This document shows positions 21,167-32,576 of a stretch of 64,000 bases of DNA, piece by piece; the stretch's first letter is position 1; every line of letters starts with the position of its first letter. Source of the DNA: an uncultured Actinomycetota bacterium. GTDB lineage: Bacteria; Actinomycetota; UBA4738; HRBIN12. The position numbers and the translations under genes were made by a program. The stretch spans positions 760 through 64,759 of the forward strand of contig CAVTEH010000005.1 of the NCBI GenBank assembly GCA_963733635.1. Direction: 5' to 3'. The notes under the pieces were generated by a model that saw only the letters and a list, made by a program, of their open reading frames with translations, searched no databases and was not told where the DNA came from.

Positions 21167-21994
21167 GCGCATCGTCCGTCGCCTCGCCCGCGCAGCTGGA
21201 CACCGTCGCGCGACCGCCGCATCCCGTTCAGCGTGGTGCGCGATACCGCCGCGATCGCCAAGCGCAACCTGATCGCCTACCGGCGGGTTCCGCAGCTGCT
21301 GGTGTTCTCCACGATCCAGCCGGTGATCTTCGTGCTGATGTTCCGCTACGTGTTCGGTGGTGCGGTCGGAGAGAGCTTGCCGCCCGGCGTCACCTACGTC
21401 GACTACCTGATGCCGGGCATCTTCGTGCAGACGGTGACGTTCGGCGCCATCGCCACCGCGATCGGGCTGGCCGCGGACATGAAGACGGGTCTGATGGAGC
21501 GGTTCCACGCGCTGCCCATGGCGCGCTCGGCGGTGCTGACCGGCCGCACCTCGGCGGACGCCACCCGCAACGTCTTCGTCGTGATCTTGATGATGGTCGT
21601 CGGGATTCCTGGTGGGCTGGCGCATCCACACCGGCGTGCTCCCGACGATCGCCGCGGGCCTGATCGTGGTGCTGTTCGGGTTCTCGATGTCGTGGATCTT
21701 CGCGACGGTGGGGTTGGCGGTCGGCGATCCCGAGACCGCGCAGGCTGCTGCGTTCCCCGTCTTGGCGCCGCTTGATCTTCGCGTCCACGGCGTTCGTGCC
21801 CGCCGACACGATGCCGGGGTGGCTGCAGGTGTTCGCGAACCACCAACCGGTGTCGGCCACCGCGAACGCTGCGCGAGCGCTCACGCTGGGTGGCGAGACC
21901 GCGACCTACGTGCTGGCAGGCCCTGGCGTGGGACGTCGGGCTGCTGCTGGTGTTCGGGCCCATCGCCGTTCGGCTCTACCGCAAGGCGGTCTGA
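21163..21994 (+). CDS. ABC-2 type permease (DrrB-like; frameshifts)
   Basis: FSTIQPVIFVLMFRYVFGGA, YVDYLMPGI, ERFHALPMARSAVL, FANHQPVS. Confidence 0.85.
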
Positions 21995-21997
21995 ACG

Positions 21998-22578
21998 GTG
22001 GCGGCCGACGAAGCGGAGCGCGTCCGCGCGAAGGACCGAGCTGCCTGGCGGCGTTGGTTGTCGCGTCACCACCGGCGCGCAGGGCGGGCTGTGGCTGGTG
22101 ATCCACAAGAAAGGCAGCCGTTCGGGCTCGCTCGAACTATCAGGACGCGGTGCTGGAAGCGCTCTGCTTCGGGTGGATCGATTCCAAGGCCAACTCGTTG
22201 GACGAGGAGACCTACCTGCTCTGGATGGCGCCTCGCAGGCCCACGAGCGGGTGGTCCGCCATCAACAAGGAGCGCGTCGCGACGCTGGTCGAAGCGGGCG
22301 CGATGGCACCGCCGGGACTCGCGGCGATCGAGACGGCGAAGGCGAACGGTGCGTGGGACGCGCTGAACGACAGCGACGCGCTGCTCGTGCCCGACGACCT
22401 CGAAGCGGCGTTCACTTCGCAACCGCCCGAGGCGCGAACGAACTGGGACGGGTTTCCTCCCGGCGTCCGCAAGCAGATCCTGGAATGGATCAACTCGGCC
22501 AAGCGAGCTCCGACACGAGCCAAGAGGGTGGACGAGACCGCCCGCTCGGCGTCGAAGAACATCCGCGCGAAACAGTGA
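21998..22578 (+). CDS. YdeI/OmpD-associated family protein (frameshift)
   Basis: AAWRRWL, EALCFGWIDS, SGWSAINKERV, WINSAKRAPTRAKRV. Confidence 0.9.
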
Positions 22579-22608
22579 CGCAGGTACGGGCGCGTACCAT
22601 CGCTGTCC

Positions 22609-23903
22609 GTGAAGGACCGGGCTGATTCCCTCGCTCGACCACTGTTGTTCTTCGCGCTGCTCGCGCTGCTGGCCCTGACGCTGGTGGCGGCGAGCGGAGT
22701 CGTCGTGGTGGGGCGGCTCGCAACCGATCAAGCCTTGGCGGAAGCGCGGCAGCTCACCGAGGTGTCGTCGCGTGTGGTGGAGAGCCGCCTGAGCGACGCC
22801 TTCCTCTCCGGGGATGCCGAGAGCCTTGCCGAGGTGGACAGCGTCGTGGTGAGCGCGGTGAAGCGCGACCCCGTCGTACGCGTCAAGGTCTGGACCGAGA
22901 CGGCCAGATCGTGTATTCGGACGTGCCCGAGCTGATCGGGGCTCGGTATCCGCTGGGAGCCGAAGACGCCGAGGTCCTGGATCACGGTGGCGTCGAGGCC
23001 GAGATCTCGGACCTGAGCGCCCCGGAGAACCGGTTCGAGTCGCAGTTCGGCGAGCTTCTCGAGGTCTACACGCAGATCGAGACTCCCGAAGGCACCCCGT
23101 TGCTGTTCGAGACGTATCAGCTGGCATCCAGCATCGCCGACCGTCGTCGTGAGCTGCTCGCGACGTTCGTGCCGGTGCTGGTGGCGACCCTGATCGCTCT
23201 GGCCGTGCTCATGGTGCCGATCGCGTGGGTCTTGGGGCGTCGTGTGCGTGCACAGCAGCGAGAGCGTGAGCGGCTGATGCAGCAGATGCTCGACGCGTCG
23301 GACCGGGAGCGCAGGCGGATCGCCGGCGAGGTGCACGATGGCCCCGTGCAAGAGCTCGCGGGCCTCTCGATGCGCTTGTCGGCATCCGCCGAGCAGATCG
23401 ACGATCCAGCGGCCAGTGCCGTGGTGCACGACTCGGCGTCGGCGGTCCGCGGCAGCATTCGCACGCTCCGATCGGCCATCGTCGGCATCTATCCGCCGAA
23501 CCTGCAGCAGGCGGGCCTCGCCGCGTCGCTCTCGGACCTGGTGGCTCGGTTGGAACCCTTCGGGATCGAGGGAACGCTCGACCTTGACGACGTGGGCGGC
23601 TTCGGCGCCGATGTCGACGCGGTGATTTATCGTGCCTGTCAGGAAGCGCTACGCAACGTCGAAGAGCATGCCGATGCTCGGCACGCCGCCGTTTCGGTCC
23701 GCCGCGACGGCGATCGAGCGATCCTGGACGTGGTCGACGACGGCCGGGGCATCACGGAGAGTGAACGAGGGGCGGCGCGCGAAGCAGGGCACCTGGGTCT
23801 GCAGATGATGGCCGACCTGGCTCGCGATGCCGGCGCCACCCTCTCGATCGGCCCGGACGAAGGGAGCGGAACCAGGGTGCACATGGAGGTGCCGGTCCGT
23901 TGA
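22609..23903 (+). CDS. Sensor histidine kinase, HisKA_3 (NarX-like) type; frameshift near 22900
   Basis: Two TM segments; ERRRIAGEVHDGPVQ; CQEALRNVEEHA; DDGRG; GSGTRV. Confidence 0.9.
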
Positions 23904-24547
23904 CCCCCGCACAGCCTGGTCCGATCCGGGTCGCCATCGCGGACGACCACAAGGTGGTGAGGGTGGGACTCGAGCAGCTGCTCACCACGTTCGATGGCGT
24001 CGAAACGGTCGGCGCGGCAGCGGGGGGCGCCGAGGCGGTCGAGCTGTGTCAGGCCGAGCACCCCGACGTGCTGTTGCTGGATCTCTCGATGCCGGATGTC
24101 GACGGCATCGATGTGACGCGCCGGCTCCGCGACGCAGGGGTGCCGACCCGGGTGGTGGTCTTCACGTCGTTCTCCGACCGAGAGCGGATCGTGCGGGCCC
24201 TCGACGCCGGCGCCGTCGGCTACATCTTGAAGGACGCCGAACCCTCCGAGATCATCTCGGCGATCCAGGCTGCGGCCCGGGGCGAGTCGCCGCTCGCGCC
24301 TCTGGCCGCCGCTGAGCTCCTGGCCGACCGACGCGACCATCCCGGACAGATCGACCTCACTCCGAGGGAACGAGAGGTGCTGGCGCTGGTCGTGGATGGC
24401 CTCGCCAACAAGCAGATCGCGCGCAGGATGGGCATCAGCGAGAAGACCGTCAAGGGCCACCTGACCAACCTGTTCCAGCGGATCGGGGTCGCGGACCGTA
24501 CCCAGGCCGCACTGTGGGCCGAACGGAATAGGGTGTTCGAGGAGTAG
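23900..24547 (+). CDS. NarL/LuxR family response regulator
   Basis: IADDH, LLDLSMP, LTPREREVL...GLANKQIA...TVKGHLTNLF. Confidence 0.95.
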   Translation: MTPAQPGPIRVAIADDHKVVRVGLEQLLTTFDGVETVGAAAGGAEAVELCQAEHPDVLLLDLSMPDVDGIDVTRRLRDAGVPTRVVVFTSFSDRERIVRALDAGAVGYILKDAEPSEIISAIQAAARGESPLAPLAAAELLADRRDHPGQIDLTPREREVLALVVDGLANKQIARRMGISEKTVKGHLTNLFQRIGVADRTQAALWAERNRVFEE

Positions 24548-24580
24548 GTCCCGGGACCGTCTCGGGACGGAAGTCCCGTT
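24546..24580 (+). promoter_or_regulatory. Candidate NarL/DevR-type binding site
   Basis: AGGTCCC...GGGAC-GGAA-GTCCC-GTT; same motif recurs at 25059-25082. Confidence 0.55.
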
Positions 24581-24613
24581 GGAACCAGGGCTGCCACGCT
24601 CCAAGATGTCGCG

Positions 24614-25018
24614 GTGCAACACTCCCTATTCCGACCCACGCGTGTCCTGGCGATCGCCCTCTGCCTCCTGGTGTTCTCCTTCGTGTGCTCGGCGCCGTTC
24701 GTCTCCGCCGGCGGCAAGGGGACGGGCTGGGAGTCATGCTCTGGAGGCAGTGGCGAATGGCGTCTGAGGGTGGATCGCCGTCAGGGAGGCCGGCTGCGCG
24801 TTCGTTTCGACATCGAGGACGATGACGGCGGGCAGGCTTGGCATGTCTTCCTGTCGAACAACGGCACCAGGATCTTCGCAGGCACGCGACGCGCGAACGA
24901 CCAGGGGAGGGTGCACGTGACGAAGCTCACTGCCAATCGACGGGGCAGGGATCGGGTCGCGGCTTCCGGGGTCAACGGGGCCACCGGCGCGACCTGTGAA
25001 GGTTCCCTCCGGTACTGA
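24614..25018 (+). CDS. Secreted hypothetical protein (paralogue of 25161..25547)
   Basis: Signal peptide; CSG..S.WRL, QAWHVFL.NNG.RIF.G, terminal C. Confidence 0.7.
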   Translation: MQHSLFRPTRVLAIALCLLVFSFVCSAPFVSAGGKGTGWESCSGGSGEWRLRVDRRQGGRLRVRFDIEDDDGGQAWHVFLSNNGTRIFAGTRRANDQGRVHVTKLTANRRGRDRVAASGVNGATGATCEGSLRY

Positions 25019-25058
25019 GGACACCGACCAAGAGCCTTGGACTCCCCCCTCCCCCGCG

Positions 25059-25082
25059 AGGTCCCGGGACGGTCGTCCCGTT
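25059..25082 (+). promoter_or_regulatory. Candidate NarL/DevR-type binding site
   Basis: AGGTCCC-GGGAC-GGTC-GTCCC-GTT. Confidence 0.55.
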
Positions 25083-25160
25083 GTGACCCAGACCGAACGG
25101 GGTCCAGCCTTGTGGGAGACGACCGGGAAGGCCGGTCGGAACCCCGAGGAGGGATGCCAG

Positions 25161-25547
25161 ATGATCAGCAAGCTCGTTCGACTCGGTCTGGTGGCTGCGA
25201 TCGCGATGACGCTCGCAGGCGCAGCTCCGGCGTCGGCCAACGACGCCGACGTGATCAGGCAAGGGCGTTGCAGCGGCTCGGCCGACTGGAAGCTGAAGCT
25301 CTCGCCAGAGAACGGTCGCATCGAGGTCGAGTACGAGGTCGACTCCAACGTCAACGGCCAGACGTGGCGGGTGCAGCTCTACAAGAACGGCAACCGCTTC
25401 TTCCAGGGCAGCCGCAGGACCCACGGTCCGAGCGGGTCGTTCGAGCTTCGGGTCGTGACGTCCAACCCGGCCGGTTCGGACGCGCTCCGGGCCAGGGCGG
25501 TCAACACAGCCAGCGGTCAGGCCTGCGGCGGTCGAGCCACGTTCTGA
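25161..25547 (+). CDS. Secreted hypothetical protein (paralogue of 24614..25018)
   Basis: GAGGAGG RBS; signal peptide ending APASA; CSGSADWKL, QTWRVQLYKNGNRFFQG, ACGGRATF. Confidence 0.8.
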   Translation: MISKLVRLGLVAAIAMTLAGAAPASANDADVIRQGRCSGSADWKLKLSPENGRIEVEYEVDSNVNGQTWRVQLYKNGNRFFQGSRRTHGPSGSFELRVVTSNPAGSDALRARAVNTASGQACGGRATF

Positions 25548-25570
25548 CACCGGCAGATCTCGCTCCACCT

Positions 25571-25599
25571 CGAGGGGGCCTGATGATCAGGCCCCCTCG
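25571..25599 (+). terminator. 13-bp perfect GC-rich hairpin, probable intrinsic terminator
   Basis: CGAGGGGGCCTGA-TGA-TCAGGCCCCCTCG, 23 nt after the stop codon. Confidence 0.6.
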
Positions 25600-25675
25600 T
25601 CGCGTCCCGCAACGTCGGGAGAAGGTTCACGGGTGGTGGGCGGGCGCTCACCGCTCCGCGATACTGCAATCGCGC

Positions 25676-27296
25676 ATGGACCCCGAGCTCACCGACGAAG
25701 TCGCCGAGATCATCACGCCGCGCGATTCGGGACCGCCGGGAAGCCCCGGAGGCGACCAACGGATCATCCTGGGCAACACGGCGCAGAACGTCGTGGGTCT
25801 GGGCATCGGCGCCGTCGCCACCTTCGCGGCCCAGGCCCTGATGACGAACCGCCTCGGTGACGACTCCTTCAGCGTCGTCACCCTCACCACCCAGTTCGCG
25901 TTCATCGCTGCCGCGGCCACCCGGTTCGGCATGGACGTCGCGAACGTTCGCCTGGTCGCCATCCTGGTGGGTCGCGACGAGGCGGCCCGCTCACGGGGGC
26001 TCGTCCGGCGAGCGGTGGGGATCGCGGCGGCGGTCTCCCTCCCGTTCGCGGCGTCGGTTTGGTTCGCGTCGGGCTGGCTGGCCGACGCGTTCAGCGGCCT
26101 GCCCGCGCAGGCGGAGCCCGCGTTCCGCGCGGCGGCCGCCACGATCCCGTTCGCGGCGCTGGCGTTCACCTACATGGGGGCGACGCGCGGTCTCAAGATC
26201 ATGCGCTACACGCTGTTCTCGCAATGGATCGGGCAACCCATCGGCTGGATCGTCTTCACCCTGGTGTTCTGGGCGGTGGCGGCTTCGACGGCGTCTGTCG
26301 CGTCATGGGCGTTCGGCTGCCTCGTGGGCACTGGCCGCCGCCATCGCGGTCTGGGGCTGGGAGAAGGAGAAGCGCCGGTTCACCGGCGCCATGGATCGAC
26401 TCCGGCGGACGGGATCACCGAGGAGCGCACCGGCGCGCTCGTGCGTTTCGGCGCCCTGCGCGCGCCGGCCACCCTGTTCTCCCAGCTCATCTTCTGGGCG
26501 GATTTCTTCGTGGCGTCAGCGTTGTTCAGTCCACTGGGCCGTCAGGGATCGGCCGAGGTCGGCATCTACGGCGGCGTGCTTCGCGCGGGGCAGTCCCTTT
26601 TCCTGTTCCTGACCAGCGTCTCGCTCACGTTCAGCCCGTTCGTGGCCGACCTGCACCATCGGGGCGAGCACGAACAGCTGGACGGCCTCTACAAGCAGGT
26701 CACACGGTGGACCCTGGCGGCCACGATCCCGGTCCTGCTGGTCCTGGCCGTGCTGCCGGCGCAGGTGCTCCGGGTGTTCGGACCGAGCTTCGTGGCGGGG
26801 GCCGGGGAGCTTCGCATCCTGATCGTCGGCATGATCGTGCCGGTCATGGTGGGCACGGTGGGTTTCATCCTCATCATGGCCGGGCGCACCGGGTGGGACC
26901 TGATGGTCTACGTGGGCGGATTCGCCATCGACGTTGGCCTGGCGCTCGCGCTCGCCCGTCCGGAGGTCCTGGGCATCAGAGGGGCGGCGATCGCGCAGGC
27001 CGCCACGCTGACGATCAGCGCCCTCGCCCGGTTGTTCCTGGTGCGCCGGTTCCTGCGGATCTGGCCGTTCGACGGCTGGTACCTGCGGTTACTCATGCCG
27101 ACCGTGGTGGGTGGGGCGGCCATGTACGCCGCGCACATGGTCGTGCCGGACGCGAGGTGGCTCGTCAACCTGGTGTTGGCCGCGGCGATCGGTACGGCGG
27201 TCTACGTAGTGCCTCTTGCTCGCGTTCGGACTGCAGCCCAACGAACGTGCCTCGATCGTGCGCGATCGCGCGGAAGCTGGTCGGGACGCCGCCTAG
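25676..27296 (+). CDS. Polysaccharide flippase (Wzx/MOP superfamily); frameshifts, 3' end approximate
   Basis: About 12-14 hydrophobic segments; NTAQNVVGLGIGAVATF, EVGIYGGVLR, FSPFVADLHHRG, FILIMAGRT. Confidence 0.8.
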
Positions 27297-27311
27297 GCAG
27301 GCCGGTTGGGC

Positions 27312-27686
27312 TCAGGGCCTCGCCGGCCGCCGGCTGGGGAGGACGTTCGGAGCTCGACCAGGCGCCGACCGGTGCCGGAGGGACCTCCGGATGACCGAGA
27401 CGGCGTCCGCCGGCGAGGTGGTAGGTCTCGCCGGGCGTCGAGCTCCGCGGCCATCCGGCGCTCGAGCCCTCGTCCGCGCGACCGAGTGGTCACGGCGGTC
27501 CAGGCGAGCACGGCGGCGGCCACGAGTGCCGATCAGGATCCAGGGACCGGCAGGACTTCCGGGCGACATGATGGTGTGGCCGAACAGGATGATCTCGCGC
27601 GCATCCACCGTGCGCGCTCTCGACCACCGCATCCACGGCGACGACGGAAGCCCCGTCGCGACCGCGACCATGAGCAGTCCTACCAA
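27312..27686 (-). CDS. Hypothetical membrane protein (frameshifted)
   Basis: Joined frames give two hydrophobic stretches (LLMVAVATG; PWILIALVAAAVLAWTAV). Confidence 0.35.
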   Translation of the reverse strand: MVGLLMVAVATGLPSSPWMRWSRARTVDAREIILFGHTIMSPGSPAGPWILIGTRGRRRARLDRRDHSVARTRARAPDGRGARRPARPTTSPADAVSVIRRSLRHRSAPGRAPNVLPSRRPARP

Positions 27687-27809
27687 GGCCGAGGCCTCCT
27701 TCTGGGGGGAAGAGCAGAAGACTCGGCGCCTAGGCTATGCCCGGGGTCTGACGCATTGCGATACGTCGGATGCACGAGGCCAGGTGGCCCTCAACGAGCC
27801 GATCACGCG

Positions 27810-30091
27810 CTATCCCCAGCGCTGACCCAGGATGGCGGCCAGCAGGGCAACGGCGCCGGTCTTGTCGAGCGGCTCGTTGCCGTTGCCGCACTTCGGCGAC
27901 TGCACGCACGAGGGGCACCCGAGGCTGCACGGACACTGGCGGATCGCCTCCAGCGTGGCCCGGAGCCACCGCTCGGCATCACGCGCGCCGCGCTCGGTGA
28001 TGCCGGCGCCTCCCGGATAGCCGTCGTAGATGAAGATCGTCGTGAGCCCGGTATCGGGATGCAGAGGCGTGGACACGCCCCCGATGTCCCACCGGTCGCA
28101 GGTGGCCACTAGTGGCAACAGGCCGATCGCGGCATGCTCGGCGGCGTGGATCGCGCCGGGCACGTCGCGGGGGCCCACGCCGGCACGGTCGAGCACCTCG
28201 CCCGGGATCGTCCACCAGACGGCCTTGGTCTCCAGCTGCGACCGGAGGGAGCGGCAGCGGCACCTCGTCCAGGATCTCGCCGCCGGCCACCGACCTGCGG
28301 ACGTAGCTGGTGACCTGGTTCGTCACGCGCACGTCGCCGAAGCACTGGTCGACGCGACCGACCGTCGACCGCGCGACGATGTCCCCCACCTCGATGTCGG
28401 TGATGTCGCGGGCCTGCGTGTAGTAGTCGGGGTTGGCCTGCGTGACGACGGCGACGCGCTGCACCAGGTCGAGCTCGGCCACCAGGTACTGCTCGCCCAT
28501 GTGCAGGTAGACGGCTCCGGGGTGCAGCGTCGCGTACGCGCGGTGCTCGTCCGCCGTTCCCAGCAGCTCGCCGGTCTCGGCGATCACGATCGAATAGACG
28601 TGCCCTCCGCCCGCGCGGACGTCGACCGTGCGATGGGGTGCCTCCTTGCCGCGATCGTGCCAGGCCTCGCGTCGAGCCACCAGCTCCCCGCGCTCGGTCA
28701 TGCGGTCCACGGCTGCGCCCACGTCTGCGGGCTCGCCGAAGAACCCGAGCTCGGGTTCGCGGAGCGGGAGTTCCCGGGCGGCGCACCGCAGATGCGGCTC
28801 CAGGACGTACGGGTTCGTGGGGTCGATCACCGCGGCTTCGGCGGGACGTTCGAACAGGTCGGTGGGGTGGTGCACGAGGTACTGGTCCAGCGGATCGTCC
28901 TGGGCAACCAGGATCGCGAGCGCGTCGGTGTCCCGGCGACCGGCTCGCCCCACCTGCTGCCACATGGAGGCGCGGGTGCCCGGGTAGCCGGTGAGGACGG
29001 CGGCGTCGAGCGAGCCGATGTCGATGCCCAGCTCCAACGCACTGGTGGATGCGATCGCCAGCAGCTCGCCGTCGGCCAGCTCGCGCTCGATGCGACGCCG
29101 GTCCTCGGCGAGGTAGCCGGCCCGGTAGCTCTTGATGCGCTGCCCGCGTCGCCGGCTCGGCCACCTCTCGGCGGGCGAACTCGGCGAGCAGCTCGGCGGC
29201 TCGCCGGGACCGCGTGAACCCGATCGTGCGGACCCCGTCGTCGGCGAGCCTGCCCATCAGCCACGAGGCCTCGCTCAGCGCGCTGCGCCGTTGCCCCGTG
29301 TCCTCGTCCACGATCGGCGGGTTCCACAGGGCGAAGAGCTTCTCGCCGCGAGGCGACGCGTCGTCCACGATCACCTCGAAGCTGCGTCCGGTGAGCCGCG
29401 TCGCGAGCTCGCCGGGATTGCCGACGGTGGCGCTGGCCAGGCACCACCGCGGGGACCCGCCGTAGTGCGCGATCAGACGCTGCAACCGGCGCAGCACCAT
29501 CGAGACGTGCGAGCCGAACACGCCTCGACACACGTGCGCCTCGTCCACCACCACGATGGACAGCCGGAACAGGAAGTCCGCCCACCGCGCATGATCGGGG
29601 AGCAGGGACAGGTGCAGCATGTCGGGGTTGGTCATGACCAGGTTCGCGTTCTTGCGGATCAGCGGGCGCTCGGCTCTCGGTGTGTCGCCGTCGTAGACGG
29701 CGGCCTTCACCTGGGGGATCTTCAGGCGCGCACGGCGCGCAGCTGGTCGCGTGCGAGCGCCTTCGTGGGGTAGAGGTACAGCGCCGTCGCCTTCGGCCTG
29801 GGTCAATGCCGTCTCGGCGAACGCCGCGTTGTACACCAGCGTCTTGCCGCTGGCCGTTCCCGTGGCCACGATGACGTCGCGACCCTCGCGAAGCGCCGCG
29901 AGGCCGTCCACCTGGTGCGCGTACAACCCGCGGACGCCCTGCAACCCCAGCCGCGACACCAAGAGCTCGGGCAGGTCGCCGGGGAACGGCTCCACCGCGG
30001 GCCGCCGCGCCGGCAACTCCTGCACGTGCACCAATGACGGCGCCACGTCCGGATCCCGGGTCAGTTGCTGCAGGAACGCGCGAGGATCCAC
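27810..30091 (-). CDS. DEAD/DEAH-box helicase with C-terminal DUF1998 (MrfA/SftH-like); frameshifts
   Basis: ATGTASGKT, VVDEAH, LELGIDIG, QQVGRAGR, CPCSLGCPSCVQSPKCGNGNEPLDK. Confidence 0.9.
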
Positions 30092-30104
30092 GCGCGCAAG
30101 CCTT

Positions 30105-31448
30105 TCATGCGGGCCGCCGCTCGACGCTACTGCCCAGCTCGTCGTAGGAGGTTCTGAACCCGTCCCGGAACAACCCTCGAAGCGCGCCCCGGCCACGCAC
30201 CAGCACCCAGGTCCCCAGCAGCAGGTAGACGATGCCGACGCCGATCCGCTCGAGGGCGTGGAGCGACTCGGGCACGATCGCGCCCAGCAGGAACTGGACC
30301 CAGAACAACGAGAAGAGGAACACGGCCTCGCGCAGCGTCATCGAGAGGTTCGAGAGCACCGCGACGGCGAAGAACGACTGCGCCGCCGTCAGGAACAGCT
30401 CCTCACGCTGCACCGCATCCAGCGGCAACCCGTGGAAGCCGCCCGCCGCGATCGCGAACACGATCGGCAGCGTGCCCACCAGCAGCGTCCATTGGTTGAC
30501 CTTGGAGCTGACCAGGGTGCCCAGACCCGCGCTGGTGTTGAGGCGCCACGCGTACAACCCGGCGACGAGCAGCTCCGGCGCCTCGGATGCGAGCGGGGCG
30601 ATCCACTGCACCAGCAGGAACTCGCTAACCCCCAACGCCTCGCCGCTGGCGACCAGGGCCTCGGCGAAGCGTTCGGCCACCAACAGGATCACGACGGCGG
30701 CGAACACCGCGATGGAGATGACCGTGGTGCGTCGTCCCACCGTCGAGAAGGTGCCCACGTAGGCCGCGGGCCCGACCAGGTGCGGCTCTTCAGCCGGCGC
30801 GCGCGAGACGCGGAGCGTGTAAAGCACGAAGATCATCACCAAGATCGCGGAGTCGAACAACGTCACCGAGTCCTTCAAAGGCAACGTCAGCGAATAGATC
30901 GTGGCGACGGCCAGGAACGCGATCTCGATCGAGTTCCGGCGTTCCAACCGGACGCCCTCCCATTTGCCCGACGTAGGCAGCATGCCCTTGCTTCGCAGCC
31001 GGATGAATGCGATGAACACCACCATGGTCCACCCGATGCCGATCAGCAGCCGATTGGCGCCGGTCATGTTGGCCAGGGCCAGCGAGCAGGGCGATTCGGT
31101 GCCCCCGTCGATCGGCAGGCACGCCTCACCCGTCTGCGCGAACGACTGGCCTCCCTTGTACGCGAAGACGAAGTCCACCGCGTACTCGGGCAGCACGGCG
31201 ATGAGGGCCAAGATCGCGATCGCGAGGCCGGCGGAGATGTCCAGCTGTGCCACCTCCGCCCCCCACGACAGCAGGAACGCGGACCCGACGATGGCCAGGC
31301 CGAAGATCAACCCCTCCAGCGGGTGGGGGATGTCGGGATGGGTGAACCGCACCACCAGACCGGGCATCGTGATCAGGAGCGCGGCCAGGATCTGCACGCG
31401 CGAACTGGTCGGATGCACGTCGACGAGTTCGCCCTTCGGTGTCGCCAC
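30105..31448 (-). CDS. CaCA-superfamily (Na/Ca_ex) cation antiporter
   Basis: Alpha-repeat motifs AVLPEYAVD...ANMTGAN and APLASEAPE...LVSSKVNQ; intact 447-aa membrane protein. Confidence 0.85.
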   Translation of the reverse strand: MATPKGELVDVHPTSSRVQILAALLITMPGLVVRFTHPDIPHPLEGLIFGLAIVGSAFLLSWGAEVAQLDISAGLAIAILALIAVLPEYAVDFVFAYKGGQSFAQTGEACLPIDGGTESPCSLALANMTGANRLLIGIGWTMVVFIAFIRLRSKGMLPTSGKWEGVRLERRNSIEIAFLAVATIYSLTLPLKDSVTLFDSAILVMIFVLYTLRVSRAPAEEPHLVGPAAYVGTFSTVGRRTTVISIAVFAAVVILLVAERFAEALVASGEALGVSEFLLVQWIAPLASEAPELLVAGLYAWRLNTSAGLGTLVSSKVNQWTLLVGTLPIVFAIAAGGFHGLPLDAVQREELFLTAAQSFFAVAVLSNLSMTLREAVFLFSLFWVQFLLGAIVPESLHALERIGVGIVYLLLGTWVLVRGRGALRGLFRDGFRTSYDELGSSVERRPA

Positions 31449-31485
31449 GAGTCCCCTTCGCCGTTCAGCCTCTTCGCCTCGGGCA

Positions 31486-31577
31486 GAAGGTCTCGTCCCC
31501 GCGGATGCGGTGAGGCGCCGGACCGCGGTGTCGCGATCGTGATGACGACGTCCTGCTGTTGCGGACTACTCCCCTTC
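31486..31577 (-). ncRNA. yybP-ykoY (Mn2+-sensing) riboswitch
   Basis: Minus strand GAAGG-GGAGTAG-TCC...GGA-CGTCGTCATCACG...CCGG...ACGAGA-CCTTC: P1 GAAGG/CCTTC plus the conserved GGGGAGUAG, GUCAUCAC and GAGACC segments, directly upstream of the antiporter RBS. Confidence 0.8.
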
Positions 31578-31624
31578 GTGCTGGGCGAGCCTATCAAGGT
31601 CTCCAGCGGAGGCAGGGCGGCGAG

Positions 31625-32576
31625 CTATTCGCCCGGCGGTGGGGCTGGGTGGGATGTTCTTCTTCAGCAGCATGGCGTCCTTTGCGGCGTCGGTGAAGAT
31701 CGCCCGCGCCCGAGCCATGTCGAGCGACACGACCGACATGGACCCCGCCGTGCCGGACCCACCGGGCAACACCACGTTCTGGACGTTCTTGACGGGGATG
31801 CTTCGATGCGGTGAACGCCAGCGGCATGATCTCGCCCAACGACATCGTGGTCTCGATGTTCCGCATGCCCGCCCCCAGCCATTCGACCAGCGAGCTCGGA
31901 TCCGAGCGGAAGGCTCTCTGGAAGTTGGCGAGCGCGGCCAGGAAGAGCCGGCCGCCGTTCTCCTGACGGGCGAAATCACCCATCTGCAGATCGTGGCGAG
32001 TGCGCGCGAACGCGAGCGCGTCCCTGCCCGAGAGGTCCTGGACACCCGGCTGGAAGTCGGCCCGCGCGTACGAGTCGCTCATGGCGAACGGGACGTTCAT
32101 CGTGAGGCCGCCCACCGAGTCGATCATGTCGGTGAAGCCCCAGAAGGTGGTGATGGCCCAGTAGTCGATCTGCACATGCGCGAGGTTCTCGACGGTCTGC
32201 ACCATCAGCGCTGGGCCACCGTAGAACAGCGACGAGTTGATCTTGCCGCTACCGCGGCCGGGGATCGGCACGTACGAGTCGCGGGGGATGCCCGACCATG
32301 ACGGACCGTTTCTTGGCCGGGTTCACGAACACCAGGTGGATCGAGTCGGCGAGCGAATGCATCACGTCGTCGCCGGGGCGAGCGCCGCTGCCGACCATGA
32401 GCAGCACGATGGGCTTGGAGCCGGCGAGTGAAGGGAGTGAAGCCCGCGTGCGCCTTGCCCACGGCCAGCCCCACGCCTTGGGCTCTGGCCGTCACCGGAC
32501 CGCTCAGACCACCGAGGGCGGAACCGGCCGTCCACGCGAACAGCGCCAAGACCGCGAACACCGCCGCGCGCCTCAC
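31625..32576 (-). CDS. LCP (LytR-CpsA-Psr) family protein; frameshifts, ends approximate
   Basis: TM anchor; ADSIHLV, GIPRDSYV, KINSSL..GG, ALAFARTRH, GDFARQENG. Confidence 0.85.

Noticed and set aside
27810-30091. DUF1998 helicase as part of DISARM or another defence system
   Set aside because: It is a single fused helicase-DUF1998 in housekeeping synteny, with no methylase or other Drm genes nearby
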